The position numbers were made by a program, and so were the translations under genes. A DNA stretch of 64,000 nucleotides. It comes from Lewinellaceae bacterium (GTDB taxonomy: Bacteria; Bacteroidota; Bacteroidia; Chitinophagales; Saprospiraceae). The stretch lies in the NCBI GenBank assembly GCA_020636195.1, contig JACJYH010000005.1, positions 13,435 through 77,434 of the forward strand. Direction: 5' to 3'. The notes beneath the pieces are model-generated. The model searched no databases. It worked only from the letters and a program-made list of their open reading frames with translations, and was not told where the DNA came from. Within the stretch, counting starts at the first letter, position 1. Every line of letters begins with the position of its first letter. Shown here in pieces: positions 6,425 to 14,834 of this stretch.

Positions 6425-8998
6425 ATGAGACAAGAATATATACAATATCAGAACGCCAATCAAAGCTTTGAAGAAGTAGCCGAAAACTTTGTCGTAAGAC
6501 GAAAGGAATTCGAACGAGTAATGGCCGAAATTAGAAATTATGATGGCTATTCATCATTTCAGCACACAGTATTTGTTGGCAGAAGGGGCAGTGGAAAATC
6601 AACAATACTCAGACGAATTCAAGCTGAACTATCGATGGATAAAGCACTCAATGAAAGGTATGAAGTGGTTAGGCTTGCTGAAGAACAAACATTTATCTAC
6701 AAGCTGTACGACTTATGGGATTATGTGATTAGAGAGATGAATGTATTGGGTTATGCAATACAGATACCGGATTTTAGGGATTATAGGGATGACATGAAAC
6801 AGTTTTCAAAAATACTTCATGAACTCATCACTGACCAACTAAAAAAGAAAAAGAAACAACTCATTCTCCTCTTGGACAATATTGATAGAATCCTGAGTTT
6901 GGGTAATCATCATGAAGAAGCATCTCTATTGAGAGAATTACTTATCAATTTTAAAGAGATAAGAATTATAGGCGGCAGTACAGTGATGTCAGAACATTTT
7001 TGGAAATATGACAAGCCTTTTTATCAATTTTTTTCTATAAAAATGCTTGAGCCTTTAACCAATCAAGAAATAAAAGCACTATTTAATCATTGGAGCGAAA
7101 AAAGAAAACTACCGGAAATTAAGAACATCATGGAGAAGTCTCCGGGAAAGCTCCAGAGCATTAGAATGCTAACCGATGGTATGCCAAGAACGATGTCATT
7201 ATTTGTCGATATTCTACTCAATCAATCAGTAAATAATGGTTATCAGTACCTTCAATTTATTGTAGATAAAGCGACGCCCATTTATCAAGAGAGACTTGCA
7301 TTGATATCTGAAGCGCAAAAAAAAGTATTTTCTGAATTGGCCTTTTTTTGGGATGCCGCAAGTGTGGAAGATTTGATACCTAAATGCAATATGGAGGGGA
7401 AATTGATCTCAGCCTTACTCAAACAATTGACAGATATCAAGTATGTCGAAAAAATAAAAGGAAAAACCAAAAACAACTTATACAGAGTAGAAGAGCGATT
7501 TTTCAACCTATGGTTCAATATGACTCAAGGTGGTTTGCAGCATAGAGCTATAGCAAAAGCTTTGTCAGATTTTTTAGAAAGTTGGTATGATGCAACCGAA
7601 TTAAATAGTTATTGTGCGAATTTTGCGTTGCATATGAGCCATAATAAAGTATCACAAGAACATATCAAGGCCATGTCACATGCATTGATGTCAAGTAAAT
7701 TCATCAAATGGGATATAAAGAGGAATTTTTATAAAAACCTAGAAAAATCTAACACCATAAATAAAGAAGATCTTAACGATCTAAAATCCTACTTCAGTGA
7801 TATTGATGTAGAAATAGATACAGCTTTTGAGCAAGGAGATTATCGCAAAGCTATAGAATTACTCCATTTATCAGATATTGATGAAGGTAAGAGGTATTTT
7901 GGACTTGGACTTGCCTACCATGAGCTTCAGGATTATATCTATGCAGAAAAATATTACCTCAAAGCGATTGAAAAAGGTAATGTGAAGGCGTTGAATAATA
8001 TTGCGAATCTATATGCAGACCAAGGTAAGGTGGAGTATGCAGAAAAATATTACCTCCAAGCGATTAAAAAAGGTTATGTGAAGGCATTGAATAATATTGC
8101 AAATCTATATGTAGGACAAGAAAAGCAAGAGCAATCAGAAGCACTTTACCTGCAATCTATTGAAAGAGGTGATGTAAATGCATTGAATAATCTTGCGAAT
8201 CTATATGCAGACCAAGGTAAGGTGGAGCTAGCAGAAACATATTACCTCAAAGCGATTGAAAAAAGTCATGTGGATGCATTGATTAATCTTGCAATTCTAT
8301 ATCAAGAGCAAGGAAAACATGAGGAGGCAGAAACATATTACCTCCAAGCCATTGATAAAGGTGATGTGGACGCATTGAATAATCTTGCAAATCTATATCA
8401 AGAGCAAGGAAAACAGGACGATGCAGAAGCATATTACCTCCAAGCCATTGATAAAGGTCATGTGGATGCATTGTTCAATCTTGCGAATCTATATCAAGAG
8501 CAAGGAAAACATGAGGAGGCAGAAACATATTACCTTCAAGCCATTGAAAAAGGTTATGTAAATGCATTGAATAATCTTTTACTATTAAAATTTGAAAGTG
8601 GGAAAAAGGCAGAAATTAAAGAACTACTAAATAAATCAATAGATGTAATAAATGATAATTGGGATTATCTAAACGCTGAATTTGCCGCCATCCTATCACT
8701 TTACCTAGGAGATCTAGATCGATTTAATAAATTGTATGCACCATATAAAATCAATGGAACTGCATCTTCACTCATGCTCATTACCTTACTTTATCTAAAA
8801 CAAATACATTTAGTTCATCAGTACTTTGAAAACCATATTCAAGCCAAGGAAGATTTTAAACCCTTGTATTTTGCTGTCCTACATTTATTAGAAAATAAAG
8901 ATCAGGAAATACTCAGAATGCCGCCCGAAATCAATGAAATTGTAATGGATATCGTTAATGATGTCAAATCAAAACAAGCCTTTTATTCGATAAAATAA
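6425..8998 (+). CDS. P-loop NTPase (AAA/ORC/STAND-like) fused to a TPR/Sel1-like repeat array
   Basis: Walker A VGRRGSGKST and Walker B QLILLLDNIDR, followed by 7-8 tandem 32-aa helical repeats (AE.YYLQAI.KG.V.ALNNLANLY.EQGK). ATG at 6425 lies 11 nt after the upstream stop. Confidence 0.8.
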   Translation: MRQEYIQYQNANQSFEEVAENFVVRRKEFERVMAEIRNYDGYSSFQHTVFVGRRGSGKSTILRRIQAELSMDKALNERYEVVRLAEEQTFIYKLYDLWDYVIREMNVLGYAIQIPDFRDYRDDMKQFSKILHELITDQLKKKKKQLILLLDNIDRILSLGNHHEEASLLRELLINFKEIRIIGGSTVMSEHFWKYDKPFYQFFSIKMLEPLTNQEIKALFNHWSEKRKLPEIKNIMEKSPGKLQSIRMLTDGMPRTMSLFVDILLNQSVNNGYQYLQFIVDKATPIYQERLALISEAQKKVFSELAFFWDAASVEDLIPKCNMEGKLISALLKQLTDIKYVEKIKGKTKNNLYRVEERFFNLWFNMTQGGLQHRAIAKALSDFLESWYDATELNSYCANFALHMSHNKVSQEHIKAMSHALMSSKFIKWDIKRNFYKNLEKSNTINKEDLNDLKSYFSDIDVEIDTAFEQGDYRKAIELLHLSDIDEGKRYFGLGLAYHELQDYIYAEKYYLKAIEKGNVKALNNIANLYADQGKVEYAEKYYLQAIKKGYVKALNNIANLYVGQEKQEQSEALYLQSIERGDVNALNNLANLYADQGKVELAETYYLKAIEKSHVDALINLAILYQEQGKHEEAETYYLQAIDKGDVDALNNLANLYQEQGKQDDAEAYYLQAIDKGHVDALFNLANLYQEQGKHEEAETYYLQAIEKGYVNALNNLLLLKFESGKKAEIKELLNKSIDVINDNWDYLNAEFAAILSLYLGDLDRFNKLYAPYKINGTASSLMLITLLYLKQIHLVHQYFENHIQAKEDFKPLYFAVLHLLENKDQEILRMPPEINEIVMDIVNDVKSKQAFYSIK
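7943..8615 (+). repeat. intragenic tandem array of about seven 96-bp units
   Basis: A 30-nt string, gaaaacatgaggaggcagaaacatattacc, recurs exactly at 8311 and 8503 (192 nt = 2 units). The peptide repeats are near-identical. Confidence 0.85.
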
Positions 8999-9109
8999 AT
9001 GACATAATTGTAATATTCATAATTGATGGTCATTTCACTCAATCCAACATAGGTATTATCTTATTGTGGAATTCAATATTAGATCTGACACAATCCATAA
9101 CTATCATAC

Positions 9110-10711
9110 TTACAAATTCACAACTTTATCCTTTGGATATTTTACCTTGTAACTGATACGGTATTTTCGAGATTGATTGGCTTCGATATCTTGTATCCAA
9201 GTCAATATACCTGTTTCTGAATTGATAGTGGCCTTGTCAGACTCCAAGAGTTCAACCGTGATCTCCGAGTTGTCACTGATAGGAATCTGATCTTTTAATG
9301 TCAAGCTAATTTTCTCAGTTTTATTGTTTTTTACAGTAATGACATACGTCAGTACTTGTACTTTATTGGAAGAGAAAATCTTAGTGCTTGATTGATCTGT
9401 CATTTTTTCTTTTTTAACGACTACTTTCGGATCACGACCCATGTTGATGTTGAGTGTATCATTTGCTTGGTAAGGATTCAGAAACGTCTTACCGGTATAT
9501 ACATTATCAAAAATAATATTTGCCTCACCGGGCAATAAATTATATTCGGCATAGTCACCTATTTCTGCAAGAAGGAATACATCCTTTTGAATTTTTGGAA
9601 CAGTATAATGCTTGAAAGTGGCAGGAATTTTAATTTCTTTGATAGCCAATGTATGCCCTTGTCCATCTGAAACAATATCATAAGGCACATCAAAATCAAA
9701 ACCAATGTTGAGTTGATTGTCATTGCTGGTTATCAGATCGTCTTGGATCCCAACGCCATCTTGAGCAACCATTTCCTCCTTCATTTTTGCTACTGAAGGT
9801 ATGGTATTCTGTTGGTAAGCCCTCTGGTAGTTGGCGTAAAATTGTTGCATAAAATTGAGATGCCAAGCTCTCAAAATGGGTGTTTCATTGCTTTGGTTGG
9901 GAATGCCACTAGACAGTGACAGTTTGATGTTTTTCCAATCCAATCCCGAATTTTGACTGACATTGGCTTTATAGACCAAAGTGATAGGTTGTAAAATACT
10001 TTCAGCTCTGATATCGTACATTGGGTTCCAAGTGGCATTGGGACACAAATACTTGACCGCTATATTTGATAGAGATTTTGATCCTTTATTATATAATTGC
10101 AATACGATTTCACCTTGACCTGAAACTGAGTTTTGATTTTTTAAATTTGTAAATCTTTTTTCTAAATTTGCCAGTTTGGTATTCAATTTTGACATCTTTC
10201 CTTCATAGGTTATCATATTATTTTCAATTTCAAGGCGCTTGGATTTATTATAATCTATGAGCTTTATCAATTCTGCGGTTTGGAGGCCAGATTCTGTTCC
10301 TAAAACTGCCGTGTTTTGATCTAATATTTTAAGGATTTTGCCATCTGCATTCATAGATTGTTGGATCAACCTTAGCTCATTATTGATAAGCTGAATGCTG
10401 TCTTTTAAATTCAACATTTCGACACTTAAATTTTCATCATTTGGTAATGAATTCAACCTATAACTAGTGGATAGGATATTAATATTTTTAGGAACAGATA
10501 TCTGCATGCTAGACTCAAAAATGGCATTTGAGATGTTTTTTATTACACATTCAGAACTGCCTTCAGGTATCATTACTTGTGCGGAATGGCTCAATTCTAC
10601 TCCTGAGAAATACACAGTTGCACTTTCTAATTTTGATGTAGTGACGATGGGTTTTTGAGCAAAAGAAATATTAAAACTCACAATGAGTACAATAAAAATG
10701 CTTGGTTTCAT
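9110..10711 (-). CDS. DUF4139 (MuiA-like) domain protein, secreted
   Basis: Signal peptide, an N-terminal beta region, a central coiled coil and a large C-terminal beta domain. This architecture is recalled for DUF4140/DUF4139 proteins. Confidence 0.6.
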   Translation of the reverse strand: MKPSIFIVLIVSFNISFAQKPIVTTSKLESATVYFSGVELSHSAQVMIPEGSSECVIKNISNAIFESSMQISVPKNINILSTSYRLNSLPNDENLSVEMLNLKDSIQLINNELRLIQQSMNADGKILKILDQNTAVLGTESGLQTAELIKLIDYNKSKRLEIENNMITYEGKMSKLNTKLANLEKRFTNLKNQNSVSGQGEIVLQLYNKGSKSLSNIAVKYLCPNATWNPMYDIRAESILQPITLVYKANVSQNSGLDWKNIKLSLSSGIPNQSNETPILRAWHLNFMQQFYANYQRAYQQNTIPSVAKMKEEMVAQDGVGIQDDLITSNDNQLNIGFDFDVPYDIVSDGQGHTLAIKEIKIPATFKHYTVPKIQKDVFLLAEIGDYAEYNLLPGEANIIFDNVYTGKTFLNPYQANDTLNINMGRDPKVVVKKEKMTDQSSTKIFSSNKVQVLTYVITVKNNKTEKISLTLKDQIPISDNSEITVELLESDKATINSETGILTWIQDIEANQSRKYRISYKVKYPKDKVVNL

Positions 10712-10865
10712 TTCGATTGGTATGATTTTGAACAATGAGGATGTGTGTCTATTGTAAAACGATGCTGAGTGGCTATATTGTCAGCATACCATGCACTTAA
10801 CATTTTTTTAACCCAAATTGAAATTTTAAAAATCAAGGGTCACAGAATTGGGTCAAATTTTTGGG

Positions 10866-11480
10866 TTACCTATACCTCGTTAATAGTTTTTTCATTCCCT
10901 CCACGGTACGAAATGGTCCTTTTTCTACACCGTCATTGATGGCCCAAGTTGGTATATTTCCCGACGGATCCATGAAGGCGATATGGGTCACCTTGCATTT
11001 TTTTGGTGAAACAGCCGTAATTTCCCACGAACTCTTCAGTGAAGTCACATGGGTGAGGCCATCATGATTTATAGTGGATGTATAGGGCTCATATTTGCTG
11101 GAAAAATGGGCAGTTTTTTTGTCGTTAGATATTGCGTATTCGCCTTTCACGGTCGTCCATCTGTTTGTAAATGGAAATGGAATACTGAATTCCAAATGGT
11201 AAATACCTGAATGGTCATTGATCTCCTTTAGTGTTTTGGCAATTTTTATTTTATCGTACCATAGGTGCATATTACTGACGTCTTTCAGCATGTTCACAAT
11301 GGTTTGGATGTTTTCTTCCACTTCAAATTCCACTTTGAATTCTTTGATATTTGAACCGGAAACGGTTCTTGTGTACAATACCGCACCATTTTTTGAGTCT
11401 ATTTGCACCCATTTTTGACCTTCTGTTTCTGTGAGGATGAGAAAACTGATGATGGTGAGCAGCATTAATTTTATTTGCAT
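10866..11480 (-). CDS. START/SRPBCC-like lipid-binding domain protein, secreted
   Basis: Signal peptide, then W..I....G..LYTR...GS.IKEFK ... FPFTNRW ... DPSGNIPTWAIN, a START-domain pattern. Confidence 0.55.
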   Translation of the reverse strand: MQIKLMLLTIISFLILTETEGQKWVQIDSKNGAVLYTRTVSGSNIKEFKVEFEVEENIQTIVNMLKDVSNMHLWYDKIKIAKTLKEINDHSGIYHLEFSIPFPFTNRWTTVKGEYAISNDKKTAHFSSKYEPYTSTINHDGLTHVTSLKSSWEITAVSPKKCKVTHIAFMDPSGNIPTWAINDGVEKGPFRTVEGMKKLLTRYR

Positions 11481-11714
11481 TGTATAAAGTTATGTAGATA
11501 TTTGATTTAAGTCAAGTATAGACGGACAAATTATGTTTCTGTTACATGTTTATGTCTGAATTTACGTATAAAATGGCATCTTCTGCTTTACCCAACGCAC
11601 ATGATGAAAGGTGTTAAGCAGCGAAGCACTTTGAAGATATGTGTATAGAAATAGATAACTTATTTGGCATTTTTCCGTTTTAAGATTGAATTTTGAATAT
11701 TTGCAAAAGTAATA

Positions 11715-12542
11715 ATGAAGCTTTTTAAATTTAGTGTAGCCTTTCTTTTCCTCATAGTCAGTTATGTGTTGACAACAGGATTTTATGTGGAAACGGAAAA
11801 TAAAAATTGTTCCATAGAAAATACTGCATTTTCTGGTGGCGAACATCTCGTGTACAAGGCGTACTACAACTGGCAGTTTATATGGATTCCGGCTGGTGAG
11901 GCGGTTTTTGACGTCAAAGAAAATGTGGATACCTATGATGTAACAGTGACAGGCACTACCTATAAAAGCTATGAGTCTTTTTTTAGGGTCAAAGATTATT
12001 TCCACACCATCATCGATAAGAAAACAATGTATCCGAAAGAATTTGTGCGCATAGTGGAAGAAGGCAATTATCGAAAATTTGACAGCTTGGTGTTTTTCAA
12101 AGAGACCGATGCAGTATTGTCTTTCAATGGGAAAACAAGATCAAGCGCCCAAAAGAAAATTATACATCTGGACGGCTGTTCTCATGATTTATTGTCTGTC
12201 TTGTATTTCATGAGAAATATCAATGTCAATGCCTATAAAGTCGGTGATTTTATCCCTACCAATCTTGTATTTGATGAGGAAAAATATCCCATCAATGTGC
12301 GTTATATAGGCAAAGAGAGATCCAAACAAATCAAGGGATTAGGCGAATTTGATACTGTCGAAGTGATGCCCGACTTGGTCACCGGTAATGTGTTCAAAGA
12401 TGGGAATCGGATGCATGTATGGGTGACGGATGATAAAAATAAACTTCCACTTCTCATAGAATCACCGTTGGCTGTTGGTTCTGCCAAAGCTATTCTAAAG
12501 TCATATAAAGGGCTTAGAAATCCTTTCACCAATAAAGGTTAA
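11715..12542 (+). CDS. DUF3108-like secreted protein
   Basis: Signal peptide, then FSGGEHLVYKAYYNWQFIWIPAGEAVFDV, as in DUF3108 family N-termini. Confidence 0.5.
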   Translation: MKLFKFSVAFLFLIVSYVLTTGFYVETENKNCSIENTAFSGGEHLVYKAYYNWQFIWIPAGEAVFDVKENVDTYDVTVTGTTYKSYESFFRVKDYFHTIIDKKTMYPKEFVRIVEEGNYRKFDSLVFFKETDAVLSFNGKTRSSAQKKIIHLDGCSHDLLSVLYFMRNINVNAYKVGDFIPTNLVFDEEKYPINVRYIGKERSKQIKGLGEFDTVEVMPDLVTGNVFKDGNRMHVWVTDDKNKLPLLIESPLAVGSAKAILKSYKGLRNPFTNKG

Positions 12543-12554
12543 GGAATAAAATTT

Positions 12555-12980
12555 TTATTTTACCCGATACCAATATTGGGTTCGACCAAGAATGGAAACG
12601 CCTATATAGCCTCTTACTTTGAGTTTGTCATTACCTTCCAATTTCATAAGGCAACTGTACTCTTTTCCGGTTTTCGGATCTAAAATGGTGCCATCATCGT
12701 ATTCTGAGCCATTTTTCTCCATATCCCAGACGATATCCATTCCTACAATATCTCTACCTTTGTTGGCTCCGCTGCATTCATTACATTTTGTTATGGTAGC
12801 TCCGGCAAGTAGCTTAATCACTTTTGCACGAATTTTTCCATTTTCTTCATAGATTTGGATATGAGACTTTTCTTTTCCATCTACATCATCCAAATTTTTC
12901 CAGATTCCGGTGATGGTTTGTGAAAAACCAAATTGTATCGTATAAAATACTAAAAATAGGGAGAATAAAACCTTTGACAT
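12555..12980 (-). CDS. DUF2147 domain protein
   Basis: GIWKN......IQIYEENGKIRAKV ... C.EC.G...G..IVGM.I ... GTILDPKTGKEYSC ... LKVRGYIG...GRTQYW matches the DUF2147 consensus. Confidence 0.75.
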   Translation of the reverse strand: MSKVLFSLFLVFYTIQFGFSQTITGIWKNLDDVDGKEKSHIQIYEENGKIRAKVIKLLAGATITKCNECSGANKGRDIVGMDIVWDMEKNGSEYDDGTILDPKTGKEYSCLMKLEGNDKLKVRGYIGVSILGRTQYWYRVK

Positions 12981-13210
12981 CTAATTAGTTAAGTTAATAA
13001 TTTCGAAAATATACTTTGACAACAAAGATAATTCAATTTTAAAAATTAAAATTCAGCATCTGTATTTTTTAACAGTAAATTAATCCCGTCATACTCTAAC
13101 AAAATAAACCTTTTCTCGCCTCTAATGTGTTTTGTTTAAGTCAAAAAAAGCTTCACCATTATAAATTAGTGAGAGAATTATCATACTTTTGAAGTTCTTT
13201 AAACATCGAT

Positions 13211-14620
13211 ATGAAGATAAAATTTTGTGGTGCGGCGCGCTTTGTGACTGGAAGTTCACATTTGATAGAACTAGAGGATGGATATAAAATCCTATTGGAT
13301 TGTGGTATGTTTCAAGGCAAGGGTCGCCAGATTTGGGAATGGAATAACGAGTGGTATTTTGACCCAAAGGAGATAGACTGTGTCATACTCAGCCATGCGC
13401 ATATTGATCACTGTGGGCGCCTTCCACAATTGGTCAAAGACGGTTACAAGGGAAGAATCCATAGTACTCATGCTACTCGAAGTTTGAGTGCAGTCATGTT
13501 ATTGGATAGTGCCCAAATTCAAGAATTGGACGTTGAATGGTTCAATGAGAAAATTTTGAAGAAACGTAAAAAAGACTTCAAGGAGTTGAGGACTCCACTG
13601 TACACTACAGAAGATGTAGCCCCTGCAATGGTGAGGTTTGAAGGCCATCCATACGAAGTCTGGGAGCAGATTCATCCCAATGTACAAGTTTTGTTTAGGG
13701 ATGCGGGACACATTCTGGGAAGCGCCTCTGTTACGCTGAAAATTTTGGAAAACGGAAGAGAAATCACACTAGGTTTTACTGGTGATATCGGAAGGCCTGA
13801 CAGACCAATTCTCAGAGATCCTGTACCTATGCCTGAAGCGGATTACTTGATTTGCGAATCAACATATGGGAATAGGCTCCACGAGGGCAACCCACAGCAA
13901 TTAGATGTATTCTTGGAAATGATTCGTAATACCTGTATTGAAAAAAGGGGAAAACTGATCATTCCGGCTTTTAGTTTAGGAAGGACGCAGGAAATCGTTT
14001 ATATGCTAGATCAGCTCTATAATATGGGCAAGCTTCCGCACATCCAAGTCTATGTGGACAGCCCGCTAGCTATCAATGTAACTCAAATCTTTGGATTGCA
14101 TCCTGAGTGTTTTGACGACGATCTGAATGCGTACTTACTCAAAGATGACAATCCGTTTGGTTTCAACAGCCTTGTGTATATCAAGGATGTCAAAGATTCA
14201 AAAGCGCTGAATAACAGCAAGGATCCATGCATCATCATCAGTGCGTCCGGTATGATGAATGCAGGTAGAGTAAAGCACCATTTATTCAATAACATCGAGA
14301 ATCCACAAAATACCTTCCTCATCGTAGGTTATGCTACACCGGATACGCCGGGCGGTGAACTGCGGGCAGGAAAGTCACCAATCACTCTTTTCGATCAAGA
14401 AAAGGAAGTGCGTGCAGAAGTCAGGATTATGGACTCATTTTCTGCGCATGGCGACAGAGATGAAATGTTCGAATTCATTGAAAATCAAAGAGGATTGAAA
14501 AAGCTCTTTTTGGTGCATGGAGAATATGAGACACAGCTGGAGTTTAAAGAATTTCTGAATGCCAAAGGTTTTCATGACATTGAAATTCCGGAGCCGGGTG
14601 ATGAATTTGACGGACTTTGA
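13211..14620 (+). CDS. MBL-fold metallo-hydrolase of the beta-CASP RNA-metabolising type
   Basis: HAHIDHCGRLP (HxHxDH) motif. Length and C-terminal SAHGD are typical of beta-CASP proteins. Confidence 0.85.
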   Translation: MKIKFCGAARFVTGSSHLIELEDGYKILLDCGMFQGKGRQIWEWNNEWYFDPKEIDCVILSHAHIDHCGRLPQLVKDGYKGRIHSTHATRSLSAVMLLDSAQIQELDVEWFNEKILKKRKKDFKELRTPLYTTEDVAPAMVRFEGHPYEVWEQIHPNVQVLFRDAGHILGSASVTLKILENGREITLGFTGDIGRPDRPILRDPVPMPEADYLICESTYGNRLHEGNPQQLDVFLEMIRNTCIEKRGKLIIPAFSLGRTQEIVYMLDQLYNMGKLPHIQVYVDSPLAINVTQIFGLHPECFDDDLNAYLLKDDNPFGFNSLVYIKDVKDSKALNNSKDPCIIISASGMMNAGRVKHHLFNNIENPQNTFLIVGYATPDTPGGELRAGKSPITLFDQEKEVRAEVRIMDSFSAHGDRDEMFEFIENQRGLKKLFLVHGEYETQLEFKEFLNAKGFHDIEIPEPGDEFDGL

Positions 14621-14692
14621 CGAGAAAACAACCGCTAAAATGCATTTTTTCAATATTCTCATCAATCAAAAAATTGAAATATTCGTTATTAA

Positions 14693-14775
14693 CTTAGAGT
14701 ATGATTAAATTTTGTTTTTGGATAATTAAATAAAACATTTTCCTGCTAAAGGAGAAACTTTAAACATACTCTTAG
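14693..14775. repeat. palindromic intergenic repeat, short copy (83 bp)
   Basis: Termini CTTAGAGTATGATTAAA and TTTAAACATACTCTTAG are inverted repeats (15 of 17). Both halves recur at 35744-35909. Confidence 0.8.
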
Positions 14776-14834
14776 CGACATACATATCGGTACATTTTGA
14801 ACCGAAGATTTTTTAAAATTAAAAGTAGTGTATT

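Noticed and set aside
7943-8615. Regular tandem repeats that might be mistaken for a CRISPR-like array
   Set aside because: The units are contiguous 96-bp coding repeats with no unique spacers. They lie in frame inside a long ORF and translate to helical repeats.
11562-12005. 147-aa minus-strand ORF
   Set aside because: It overlaps the start of the better-supported + strand DUF3108-like gene, which has a signal peptide, and the intergenic promoter region. No motif was found.
13089-13101. CATACTCTAAC, resembling one terminus of the palindromic repeat (a possible third solo copy)
   Set aside because: Only about 11 nt match and the adjacent conserved TTTAAA/GATTAAAT blocks are absent. A chance match cannot be excluded.
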